Part shown: one piece after another, positions 1-10,400 of the stretch | Layout: every line of letters starts with the position of its first letter | Numbering within the stretch: position 1 is the stretch's first letter | IMG/VR virus record: IMGVR_UViG_3300045988_161245 | Span: 128,001 to 192,000 of that record | Source of the DNA: a virus | Direction: 5' to 3' (one strand) | DNA: 64,000 nucleotides | Program-made: the position numbers and the translations under genes | The notes under the pieces: generated by a model | Told to the model about the DNA's origin: nothing | The model's input: only the letters and a program-made list of their open reading frames with translations | The model's database searches: none

Positions 1-3000
1 GAAACAGATAGCTATGAATATTTAGCACCTGGAAATGTAGAAGAAACAGATGAAGGTGTTAAGATTGCGAAGAAGAGCATTACCTTGTATGATAAAAATA
101 ATCCTAATTTATCATTACTTGATATAGCTCTTAGTAAAGTATCTGGATGGAAAATCGGAATAGTAGATCAGACTGTTGCGATTACAACAATCGAAGAGCC
201 TACAGTTAATGAAGATGGATCGGTTACTACAAAAACAGTAACTTCTGCATCAAAAAGAACATTTGATATAGACAGTAAAAGTGTATATGCTTTTTTGACT
301 CAAGATGTATCGAAGAAATTTGAGTGTATATTTGAGTTTGATATTATAAAAAGAGAAATCAATGTTCGTGATGTAGATACTTATGGGAAAGATTCTAATG
401 TATTCATATCTTATAGAAATCTAATTCAAGAATTGAACTACTCTCCTGCGCAAGAAAATAATATCCTTACAAGGTTTGATGTTCGTGGAGCTGATGATCT
501 TACAATTGATGCAGTAAATTTTGGAACATCTACTATTGAAGATTTATCTTATTATCTTAATACAAAACACCATGTAAGTGACGATTTAGTTGACCATTAT
601 AATAAATGGCTAAAAGCAATTGAGGAAGCACGTAAGAAATATATGTACTACAATCGTCAGTACAATATATTGATGGAAAAACGTGATGAAGTAAATAACC
701 GTGTTCCAAATGATGGGTTAAATAATAATTGGAAGCAGTTTACTGTTGAGGAATTGGAAACTATCAAGAAAAAATACACTGGTTACATGAGTGCTTTAAA
801 AGATAAGGATCTTGGATATTGGGACGCAACAAATAAAAAGTGGCTTAATAAAGGTGCCGAGCAGGATTATATTGCTTATCAAGGTATTCTTGAAATTATT
901 GACCAGACAATTAAATATAAGCAAGCAAGTGTTACGGAAACAGAGAAAGAAGAAAATAACCTTGATGATTTATTAGAGGAATGGAATACAAACTGGGATT
1001 TATTTGGACTTGCAGAGTTAAAAACAAAAGAGAAAACTTATAAGCAAAACATTGAGGCTCTTGCTGCTTATGCAAAGGCATGGGAAGATCTCGGTGAAGA
1101 TGAACAAGGTCATCTTACTAAGGCGAACTATGATATATCTCACAACCAATATGTAAAATATGTTGGCTATGAAAGCGGTTGTTCTAAAGCAATTGACGAA
1201 CGCCAGAAAGAATATGATGGATATCAATCTCAAATGACTGCTATATCAAAAAATATGGCAGATGTTGCAAAAGTCAATGATAAGAAGTCATATGGGTTTT
1301 CTGATGCTGAACTAAATACACTTAATAAGCTTTACAATGATACCGATTACACGAATGACAATATTTTAACCACATCTATTGATACAGCAGAAAAAATAAT
1401 CAATACTCAGTATGATTTATTTAATGATGCAACCACAGAGTTATCTAAAGTATGTCGTCCACAATTATCTTTTACTCTTACCATGGATAATATATTTGCT
1501 ATTCCTGGGTTTAAAGAATGGCAAGGAAATTTTGATATTGGGAATTTCATTCACCTTTCTTTTGATGAAAATGAACAGTATTTCTTAAAACTTCGTATCT
1601 CATCTCTTACTTTTAATCCATGTATTATCGAAAACGATTTCCAGATTGAGTTTACAGATATGATTGATTATAACGGTGGACGAAATGACTTTGCAGCTCT
1701 TTTAGATGAAAGTGTGAGCACAGCAAAAAATCAGATTACAGGAAGTGTAAAAAGTAAACTTGATACTTCTGGAATCGAAGTGTCTGACTCATTGATTAAA
1801 GCATTGGTGAAATCTAGTGTTTTTACCGGTGCTGTTTCAAATGGAGTCTTTGATACTGTTAGTGCAAATGTCGGATCATTTGGACAGGTTTTAGCACAAA
1901 CCATTAATGCTAAAGAGCTAATGGCAAACAGTGGTCTTTTTGAAACAATAGATGCCGGTGACGGTAATATTCGAAGCGTTCTTGCAGTAGAAGTAAATGC
2001 AAGTCGGATAAGCGTTGGTACTCTGGCTGTTGACAGACTTATTTTACGTGGTGAAAATTCTGTCATGTATGAACTCAATAAGTTTGGGGATATTACAGAA
2101 ACCAAAATACCAGATGGAGAATTAGATAAATATTATCTTAATGGGAAGCATTTACAGGTTAATACTCTTGCTGCAGATAGAATTATTTCTCACACAATAA
2201 ATTCAGAACAAATTACAACTGATAATATTCGTGGAGCAAGTGGATGGATTAATCTTGCCAATGGCACTTTCTTATTCTTTAATGGGATAACTAAAGGCAC
2301 GAGTAATCAAACAGATACGGATATGGCTGCCATTAATGCAGAAGAATGGTTAACTACCTCTTCCGGGATTTCATGGGATGGTAAGAAATTAGCTATAAAA
2401 GGTGATGTTGTTGCAACAAGTCTTACCCTTGGAAATAATGCTTCTGTTAGTGGTATATATACATCCAAAGAAGTTGATGATAAGTTATCCGATTATACGC
2501 CAACAAGTCAATTGGATTACAATAAATTAAACAATCTTCCAGATATGACAAAATATCTAACCGAAGATGATGAAAATGAAAATGGAAGACTTTATTATTA
2601 TATAAAACAAGATGGTGGAATTGGTGACGTAAACTGTACTGATCCTGATGATCCACTTAATCCTGCTGTTGGATATTTTAAGGTTGCAAAAGAAGGATTA
2701 TTAATTTGTAAAAATGCAATTATAGATGGAGTTGTATATGCTCGTGCAGGTAAATTCACCGGTGATATAGAGGCAAGATCATTGATACTTGGTTCCGGTG
2801 TAACAATTCCATATAAGAATCTTTCTGATTCCCCTGATCTTGGTATTTATATTAGCAAAGATGGTGAAATTGGAACTATATCGTCTGACTTAACTGCACC
2901 AGATGGTGCAAAAGGATATTTTAAAGTTAGTACAAATGGGCTGTTAATTGCAGACAATGCCTATATTTCAGGCACAATATATGCTCAAAATGGTACTTTT

Positions 3001-4257
3001 GCTGGTGAACTAAAGGCTGCTACAGGAAGTTTCACAGGAGAACTAAAGGCTGCAACAGGTACTTTTGCTGGAAAGCTTAGTGCTGCTACAGGAAGTTTCA
3101 CAGGAGAAATTACAGCAGATAAACTTATTGCAAATACAGCCGGAAATATTGCCGGTTGGACTATTACTTCTGATGCATTGTCTAAGAATCAAGGATACAA
3201 CACATCTGGAGGTGCATACTTTGGTATTTCTGGATTAAGCATATCAGACAAATTTGTTGTCTCTTCTGATGGAGTTTTAAATGCAACTGGTGCAACGATA
3301 TCAGGAGATATTACTGCATCCTCTGGTAAAATTGGTGGTTATAAAATTGAAAACGGACGATTATACAATCATATGTATGGTACCGCTGGAAGCAGTTCGC
3401 TGGGATACAGTTGTGGCTTTTCAGTTAATGGTGGAACTGATCACACATTATGGGCAGGAAATGAGAACTTCTATGTAAATATGGATGGATCTATGCATTG
3501 CTCTAATGCTGATATTACCGGAAGTATTACTGCCAGTGGAGATAATTCAAGTATTTCAACAATAAATGGAAATACACGAGTCACATTAAATAATGGACGT
3601 TTAGTTATTTCAAATGGAGATCCGAGTAATGCAAAGACATATAGAGCTTTAATTGGATTGGATAACGAAGGTAACAATGCATGGGTTTGTATGTATGGAA
3701 CTGATGGATATGTATCAGATCCACCTGTAATGCTGTCTTCTAGTGGTGTAAAAGGTTGGATAACTAATTCAGAATCTTCAAATTATCGTCCTGCCATTTG
3801 TACTTCAACAGCAAAAGAAAACAGTTACGTTTCTATTATTTGTACAAATGGAACTAATCAAGTTTTGATTAGAGGTCTATATAATACGGATTCATATAAA
3901 GATTACACTATAAAAGTAACAACATCGGATGCACGTTTAAAAAATAATATTGCTTCAACAAAAGTTACTAATGCATTGCAACAATTACTTAAAATAAATC
4001 ATCGTGAGTTTAATTGGAAAAGCTCTGGTGAATATACAGATATTGGTTATATTGCACAGGAACTTGAGACTATAAACCCAAGATTAGTTATGAAACCGGT
4101 AAGTAAGGATGGATATTATGAAATTGATACTTTTTATATGACAAGTCTTATTACAAAATCCATTCAGGAAATGTATGCTGAACTTAAGGAAGAAAATTAC
4201 AAATTGAAAAATGAGTTGGATTCTTTAAAAAAACTATACAAAGTAAATAATAATTAA
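1..4257 (+). CDS. tail-associated minor structural protein / tail fibre (5' end lies outside the window) with C-terminal S74 intramolecular-chaperone domain
   Basis: The frame is open from nt 1; the ORF-track start at 85 is a TTG inside the open frame. The N-terminal part resembles the phage minor structural protein (Tal-like) N-terminal region. There are four tandem 11-aa G(T/S)F(A/T)GELKAAT units. The C-terminus TSDARLKNNI...IGYIAQELETINPRLV plus a terminal coiled coil matches the peptidase S74 auto-cleaving chaperone signature. Confidence 0.8.
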   Translation, partial: ETDSYEYLAPGNVEETDEGVKIAKKSITLYDKNNPNLSLLDIALSKVSGWKIGIVDQTVAITTIEEPTVNEDGSVTTKTVTSASKRTFDIDSKSVYAFLTQDVSKKFECIFEFDIIKREINVRDVDTYGKDSNVFISYRNLIQELNYSPAQENNILTRFDVRGADDLTIDAVNFGTSTIEDLSYYLNTKHHVSDDLVDHYNKWLKAIEEARKKYMYYNRQYNILMEKRDEVNNRVPNDGLNNNWKQFTVEELETIKKKYTGYMSALKDKDLGYWDATNKKWLNKGAEQDYIAYQGILEIIDQTIKYKQASVTETEKEENNLDDLLEEWNTNWDLFGLAELKTKEKTYKQNIEALAAYAKAWEDLGEDEQGHLTKANYDISHNQYVKYVGYESGCSKAIDERQKEYDGYQSQMTAISKNMADVAKVNDKKSYGFSDAELNTLNKLYNDTDYTNDNILTTSIDTAEKIINTQYDLFNDATTELSKVCRPQLSFTLTMDNIFAIPGFKEWQGNFDIGNFIHLSFDENEQYFLKLRISSLTFNPCIIENDFQIEFTDMIDYNGGRNDFAALLDESVSTAKNQITGSVKSKLDTSGIEVSDSLIKALVKSSVFTGAVSNGVFDTVSANVGSFGQVLAQTINAKELMANSGLFETIDAGDGNIRSVLAVEVNASRISVGTLAVDRLILRGENSVMYELNKFGDITETKIPDGELDKYYLNGKHLQVNTLAADRIISHTINSEQITTDNIRGASGWINLANGTFLFFNGITKGTSNQTDTDMAAINAEEWLTTSSGISWDGKKLAIKGDVVATSLTLGNNASVSGIYTSKEVDDKLSDYTPTSQLDYNKLNNLPDMTKYLTEDDENENGRLYYYIKQDGGIGDVNCTDPDDPLNPAVGYFKVAKEGLLICKNAIIDGVVYARAGKFTGDIEARSLILGSGVTIPYKNLSDSPDLGIYISKDGEIGTISSDLTAPDGAKGYFKVSTNGLLIADNAYISGTIYAQNGTFAGELKAATGSFTGELKAATGTFAGKLSAATGSFTGEITADKLIANTAGNIAGWTITSDALSKNQGYNTSGGAYFGISGLSISDKFVVSSDGVLNATGATISGDITASSGKIGGYKIENGRLYNHMYGTAGSSSLGYSCGFSVNGGTDHTLWAGNENFYVNMDGSMHCSNADITGSITASGDNSSISTINGNTRVTLNNGRLVISNGDPSNAKTYRALIGLDNEGNNAWVCMYGTDGYVSDPPVMLSSSGVKGWITNSESSNYRPAICTSTAKENSYVSIICTNGTNQVLIRGLYNTDSYKDYTIKVTTSDARLKNNIASTKVTNALQQLLKINHREFNWKSSGEYTDIGYIAQELETINPRLVMKPVSKDGYYEIDTFYMTSLITKSIQEMYAELKEENYKLKNELDSLKKLYKVNNN
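2992..3123 (+). repeat. 4 x 33-bp in-frame tandem repeat inside the tail protein gene
   Basis: Units at 2992-3024, 3025-3057, 3058-3090 and 3091-3123 alternate ggtacttttgctgg... and ggaagtttcacaggag..., encoding GTFAGELKAAT / GSFTGELKAAT / GTFAGKLSAAT / GSFTGEITADK. Confidence 0.85.
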
Positions 4258-4273
4258 TTGTATATTTTTATTA

Positions 4274-4302
4274 TTGCAATACCTTTATAAATATCATATG
4301 AT
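4274..4302 (+). promoter_or_regulatory. sigma-A-type promoter for the LRR gene
   Basis: TTGCAA (4274-4279), a 17-nt spacer, then TATGAT (4297-4302). It sits in the 74-nt gap after the tail gene stop, about 30 nt upstream of the GGAGG RBS and the ATG at 4332. Confidence 0.55.
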
Positions 4303-4331
4303 ATTGATAAAATATTTTATGGAGGTATTGT

Positions 4332-5510
4332 ATGAAAAAGAATTTGTTATTTGTTTTTCTTATGCTTTTTCTTATTTTTCAATTGCCGGTCAATACATAT
4401 GCTATTGATGCATCGTCAGTTATTGGAAAAAGAGTCCAAGTTGGTGATAATTGTTATGCATATGTAGAAGATTTAGGAAATCGAAAATACACACTGCATC
4501 TCGATGGATATGGAAATTTATATGAAAAATCCACATTATCAGAAGAAGCAAAAATGATTATTAATTTTGGATCATCTAAGGTCATAATTTCGAATGGGAT
4601 ATCTAAAATACCAGATAGATTTTTTAGTGCACTTGGACTTAATATTATAGAAAATCATTCATCAACATTACAAATTGGAAGTTTTAACTTTATATTTGGA
4701 AGTTCTCCACAAGTTGAATATTATTCATTACCTCAAGATTTTAATCTTGCAGACAACGTGTATCAAGTGACCAATTGTCCAGAAAGCTTTACTACATTTG
4801 TAGACATTAGAGAAAAGAAACAAATAAATTTTGAATATACAATGTACTTTTCTGATGTTGCAAAAAGTGTAATTGTTCGTGATGGAAATAAGGCAATTAC
4901 CAACTATATGTTTACAAGATGCCCTAATCTTTCTGAATGTACAATACCTGCATCTGTAACATATATAGATCCTAAAGCATTTGCAGACAAAAATAAAATT
5001 ACTATTCGTGGATATTCTGGATCATATGCAGAAAAATATGCAAAGAAAAATAAAATTAAATTTGTATCTATAGGAACAACTATTAACCAGAATAAAGTAT
5101 ATAAGGTTGGTGCTTACAATTATAAATTTAATTTAAGCAATAATACAGCAACACTTGTATCTTCTGCGTCTAAAAATATTAAAAAAGTTACTGTTCCAAA
5201 TAAAGTAACTTATGCTGGAAAAACATTTACAGTCACAAATATTGCAAAAAATGCATTTAAAAATTGTACTAAGCTAACAAAAGCTACCATTGGAAGTAAC
5301 GTTACTCAAATTGGAGCATCTGCATTTTATAAATGTAAAAAGCTTCAAACAATAAAAATAGGAACCACTAAATTAACAAAAATTGGATCAAAAGCATTTA
5401 ATACACAATCTTCTAAACTTACACTGAAGATTCCAAAATCAAAATCAACATATAAAAAATTGATTACAAAATCAAAAATATCAAAAACAGTAAAATTCAA
5501 ACTGTTTTAA
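4332..5510 (+). CDS. secreted BspA-type leucine-rich-repeat (LRR_5-like) protein
   Basis: The N-terminal Sec signal is MKKNLLFVFLMLFLIFQLPVNTYA followed by IDAS. The C-terminal half has repeats such as IAKNAFKNCTKLTKATIGSNVTQIGASAFYKCKKLQTIKIG, typical of BspA-like cell-surface LRRs. GGAGG RBS is present. Confidence 0.7.
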   Translation: MKKNLLFVFLMLFLIFQLPVNTYAIDASSVIGKRVQVGDNCYAYVEDLGNRKYTLHLDGYGNLYEKSTLSEEAKMIINFGSSKVIISNGISKIPDRFFSALGLNIIENHSSTLQIGSFNFIFGSSPQVEYYSLPQDFNLADNVYQVTNCPESFTTFVDIREKKQINFEYTMYFSDVAKSVIVRDGNKAITNYMFTRCPNLSECTIPASVTYIDPKAFADKNKITIRGYSGSYAEKYAKKNKIKFVSIGTTINQNKVYKVGAYNYKFNLSNNTATLVSSASKNIKKVTVPNKVTYAGKTFTVTNIAKNAFKNCTKLTKATIGSNVTQIGASAFYKCKKLQTIKIGTTKLTKIGSKAFNTQSSKLTLKIPKSKSTYKKLITKSKISKTVKFKLF

Positions 5511-5524
5511 ATAAAAATCATCTA

Positions 5525-5556
5525 AGAGCATTCCTGTTATAGGAATGCTCTTTTTA
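5525..5556 (+). terminator. rho-independent terminator after the LRR gene
   Basis: An 11-bp perfect stem agagcattcct / aggaatgctct with loop gttat, followed by TTTTT. Confidence 0.8.
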
Positions 5557-5591
5557 TATTAAAAATTACGACAAAAAGGAGATTTTATACT

Positions 5592-6038
5592 ATGAAATTA
5601 ACAAACGCAACAATTTATGACATTATCGGAGCAGTTAACAAATTTAACAATGCGAAAGGTAAAACAGCTTTTATCCTCTTCCGTACTCTTCGCAAGCTTA
5701 ATGAAGAAATCAAAGATTGTGATGAACAGAAAAACAAGTTAATTCAGAAATATGGAAAAGAGGTTGAAGGAGGCGGTATCGCTATTCCTCGTGATGATGC
5801 AGAAGCAACTAAGAATTTTATGGAAGAGTTCACTCCTATCTTACTCTGTCCAATTGATGTTGATATTCCACAGCTCACCGAAGAGGAATTTAATGATTTG
5901 GAAAATGTTGATGCTCCTAATGCAGGACTAACAGACTTCGATATTATCTATACATTTCTTGTTAAAAAGCCAGAGTCAAAGAAAGAAGAAACAGAGAAAG
6001 TTGATGCAGAAGTTGTTGATGATAAAGCTGCAGAATAA
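5592..6038 (+). CDS. hypothetical protein (acidic, late module)
   Basis: AAAGGAG RBS 8 nt upstream, coding-like composition, no recognisable motif. Confidence 0.6.
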   Translation: MKLTNATIYDIIGAVNKFNNAKGKTAFILFRTLRKLNEEIKDCDEQKNKLIQKYGKEVEGGGIAIPRDDAEATKNFMEEFTPILLCPIDVDIPQLTEEEFNDLENVDAPNAGLTDFDIIYTFLVKKPESKKEETEKVDAEVVDDKAAE

Positions 6039-6052
6039 ATAAGGAGGTCCTT

Positions 6053-6667
6053 ATGGGCAACGTAATTGATATTGCTTGTTATGGATCTGATGGTATTACT
6101 AGAATAAATCATCTTACACAATGGGATAAAGGACAGACCATATGTTTTGAAACATTTGGTCTGACTTCTCCACCTGTGGTCCACTGGTGCAATAGAATGA
6201 GTGAAGAAGCACTTCAGGTTAAATCATCTTTGAAAAATAATAAATTTTATGTAGATGTCCCAAACTCATTGCTTCAAGAGCCATACCCTCTTATTGGATA
6301 TATTTATATATCTGAATCAAATAGCACTTCTGAAACAGTCGCACAGATTCGTATTCCACTAAAGCAAAGACAAAAGCCATCAGATTATTATTATATAAAT
6401 AATGTAGATTTTGTAGTCAGTTATCAGGTTGGTTCTTTTGAATTTACAACTGGATCTACAGCTGGCGCAAAAACTTATACTTTAACATTCCCAAATAAAT
6501 TCAAATCTATTCCAGTCGTATTTGCGACAACTAATCAAACAGATCCCCAAAACTATGCCGTTTCAATAACAAATAAAAGTCAAACTGGTGCCACTATTTG
6601 TATTTATAACAATGAAAATGGGGTTGATAAAAAACTGACAGTTAGTTGGATGGCTATTATTTCGTAA
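6053..6667 (+). CDS. hypothetical structural-module protein
   Basis: AAGGAGG RBS. The C-terminal half (FKSIPVVFATTNQTDPQNYAVSITNKSQTGATICIY) loosely resembles a beta-sandwich or H-type-lectin-like fold. Function not established. Confidence 0.55.
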   Translation: MGNVIDIACYGSDGITRINHLTQWDKGQTICFETFGLTSPPVVHWCNRMSEEALQVKSSLKNNKFYVDVPNSLLQEPYPLIGYIYISESNSTSETVAQIRIPLKQRQKPSDYYYINNVDFVVSYQVGSFEFTTGSTAGAKTYTLTFPNKFKSIPVVFATTNQTDPQNYAVSITNKSQTGATICIYNNENGVDKKLTVSWMAIIS

Positions 6668-6706
6668 ATTATATATTTGTTATTATTGTTAGAAAGGTGG
6701 TGTAAA

Positions 6707-7420
6707 ATGTACACTCTTAGAATTACAGATGACAATAATGTTATTACTACAGTAAAAGAAAGTCTGATGGAGAAAAGTAATTGCGTGAACTCTATCCAGA
6801 TTATTATTAATAAACTTTATAAAGAACAAATTGATATGACAGATACTACTGCTTATATGAAATATGTTCTTCCGGTTACAAAGAAAATTAAGATGACTCA
6901 GCTCATTGCAGATACAACAACTGATGAGAGTCATATTTTATATACTATCCCTGTGACAGCCAATATCTCTGCAGAACCAGGTGATATCGAGGTATCATTT
7001 ACTTTCTTAAAACTTGTTCATGATGAAGAATCTGATACTACCACTTCTTATGTTCGAAAAACTGAATCTGGACTTATCCACATTACAAAATTAGCACAGT
7101 TTGATAGTTATGAACCAAGTGAAATGTTAACTGAACTTGACCAGAGAATTCTTGCACTTATGGCAACTGCTGAAGATATTAAGAAACTTGGTCAGGCAAC
7201 TTATGACAATATGCCAATTGATATGAAACTTGATTCAGAAGCAAAGAAACTGACTCTTGTAAACGCTAATGGAAATACAGGTGATGGTGTTGGGATTGCA
7301 GACCTTTCAGACTCTATTGCAAAAGAACTTACAGGTACAGATCCAGATGGCACTCAAGATGGTATTACACATATTGACAAAGTTACAGGCGTACAGAGCC
7401 TTGATGAATTATTAAAATAA
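6707..7420 (+). CDS. hypothetical structural protein, possibly with a BppU-N-like fold
   Basis: I prefer the ATG at 6707 (MYTLRI...), which is preceded by AAAGGTGGTG, over the TTG at 6677. The motif PGDIEVSFTFLKL resembles the GDVRFEI motif at the N-terminus of the next giant protein. Confidence 0.55.
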   Translation: MYTLRITDDNNVITTVKESLMEKSNCVNSIQIIINKLYKEQIDMTDTTAYMKYVLPVTKKIKMTQLIADTTTDESHILYTIPVTANISAEPGDIEVSFTFLKLVHDEESDTTTSYVRKTESGLIHITKLAQFDSYEPSEMLTELDQRILALMATAEDIKKLGQATYDNMPIDMKLDSEAKKLTLVNANGNTGDGVGIADLSDSIAKELTGTDPDGTQDGITHIDKVTGVQSLDELLK

Positions 7421-7436
7421 AAGATGGAGGGAGAAC

Positions 7437-10400
7437 ATGTCATTTAAAGATTCAAAAGCACAAATATTGGCTAATTCAGCTTCCGATGATAGTGATATCT
7501 CTACCATAAAGGCTGATTTAGCCACTACTGCTGTTGTTGACGATGGATATGTATTATGCACAGATGGACGATATGTTATCTATGATGAATACTATGATAA
7601 TTCATATTCAACAGTGGATAAATTAAAAAATGTAACAGTAGACTCTTCACAGATCAATATTGTTCAAGAAACAAATAGTCAGTATATTCCATTCCGTATT
7701 CCGAGGTATTGGGATGGTATTGACCTGATGAAGATGCTGATTCAAATCAGATACGAAAATGTATCTACTAAAAAAGGACAAGTATCTACAGCTGTAAATG
7801 TTGCATCAAGTACAACAAATATTACGTTTGGTTGGTTAGTTGATCAGAATGTTACTGCTATCGCCGGTGATGTCAGATTTGAAATTATGGCAACCGGAAC
7901 AAATGAAAAAGGCAATACATATGTTTGGAGAACAAGACCAAATGGTAGACTTACTGTTCTTGAAGGGTTAAATTATGACGGTATTATTGAACCGTCTAAG
8001 GATTGGTACACAGGATTTGTAGCAACCATAATGGGACATGTTGATGAAGCTAAGAAATATGCTGATCAGGCAAAAGCCTCTGCAGAATCCGTAGATGTTA
8101 ATACTATTAAGGCGGACGTAAAAAAATCTGTAACAGTAGATGTGAACGCAAATCTTGCAGAAAATTATTATAACAAAACAGAGATTGATACTAAGGTTAA
8201 AACACTCAATGATGCAATCAGTAATATTGATAGCTTAAAAAATCTTAAGGTCGAATATGATAACACAACTGGAAGACTTGTATTTAAAGATGGTACTGTT
8301 ATTCTGACAACTATCACAATTAACAGTTTATCAAACTTAAATGTTACTTATGCCGTTGAAGGCGGTAAGGGTAAGCTTACTTTTAAAAATGGCGAAACAG
8401 AAATTCAGTCTGTGGAACTTAGCTCTATTGAACCGTCTGCACAGTGGACAGCTGCTCTAAAAGAGGAAATTAATACAGGAGTTGATACAAAAATCAGTCC
8501 TGTATCAGAAAAGGTAAACGCTGTGGAATCTTCAGTAACTGACCTTTCTAAAAAGGTTGAAACAAATACTTCTGATATTACAGCGTTAAAAACAAAGACA
8601 ACAGAACTTGAAAAAGCCGATGAAGTAATTCGTTCTACTGCTTCTGAGGCAAAAAATACAGCGGATATTTTAAAGCAGAATATTGCCGACTATGATTCGC
8701 AGTTTAACACGATCAACGGTGACATTACCAATATTCAGTCTGATATTGATGAAATTAAAAAGAATCCAGCTGCATCTGAGTATGATGTAGATTATGTTGG
8801 TAGTACATTTAGTTGGATGAAAAATGGAGAAGTTCTTAAAACATTTACAATCCAAAGCGGAGGTGGTGGCGGATCTGATACTTCAACTATCACGATTGAA
8901 CGTGTAACCCCTGCAGATGCAATCTTCTTACTTGGAGATAAAGCAGAAATCGAATACACATTTAGCTCTGTTGATAATACTGGCGATACAACTGGTGATG
9001 GTACAGCAATTTGGAAAGTTGGAAATACAATTGTATCAACAACCACTGCTTCTCAGGGAACAAATAAGGTTGATTTAACAGAGTATTTATCAGTAGGCTC
9101 TAATCAGATTAGAGTTAGTATCACGGATAGCTTTGGAACAATGTCATATAAAACTTGGACTGTTACTATTGTAGAATTTAAGCTTGAAAGTACATTTGAT
9201 GATACACTGATTTACACTGATACAGACGTAGTATTTAGATATACACCTTATGGTAATGTAAATAAGACCATTCATTTTATCTTGGATGGACAGGAATTAG
9301 AATCCGTAACAACACAGGCTTCCGGTCGTATTATATCATACAATATTCCAAAACAGGAACATGGTGCTCATTTCCTTAAAGTATATATGACAGCAACAGT
9401 AAATAATAAAGATATTACTTCTTCTACTATTTACAAGGATATTGTGTGTGTTGATCCGGCAAACAGAACTCCTATTATCGGATGCTCACAGCAAGAATTT
9501 ACTGCAAAACAATATCAGGCTACAAGTATTAAATATGTTGTTTATGACCCAGCTCATAATCCTGCTACCGTTAAGTTGTCTATTGATGGAAAAACAGTTT
9601 CTACATTAACTGTAGATAGAACCGCACAAATTTGGAGTTTCAAGTCTTCTGAAATTGGTCAGAAAAATCTTACTATCTCATGTCAGAAAATCACAAAAAT
9701 TCTTACCGCACATATTGAAAAACTTGATATAGATGTAAATCCAATTACTGCAAATCTTGCGTTCGACTTTAATCCAGTTGGTTTATCTAATGGTGATGAA
9801 AATAGACTTTGGAGTGATAAAAATCATCCAGAAGTTGCTTTAACTGTATCAGATAATTTTGACTGGACGAATGGTGGTTATCAGATTGACGATGAAGGAA
9901 ATCAGTATTTCTGCGTAAAAGCAAGTACTACTGCTTCTATTAGTTATAATCTGTTTGCCAAAGACCCAAAACAAACTGGTGCTGAATTTAAGATTATTTT
10001 CAAAACTAAAAATGTAAGAAATGCTTCTGCCACTTTCTTGTCATGTCTCGATGGATTGGCAGATTCTAACATTGGACTTGAAATGAAAGTACATGAGGCA
10101 AACATTTATACTTCTACAGACGATCTTTATTTCCCATATTCCGAAGAAGATATTATTGAGTATGAATATAATATTAACTCAATTGATACCAAGAATACAA
10201 CAGCAACATCTATTATCATGACGTATGAAGATGGTGTTGGTGGAAGACCTATTATTTATGATAATTCACATAGATTACATCAGTACACTCCTGCTCCAAT
10301 TTCTATTGGATCTCCAGATTGTGATGTATTAATTTATAGGATGAAAGCCTATAGTGCAGCATTAACTGATTCTGATGTTTTATCTAACTTTATTGCAGAC

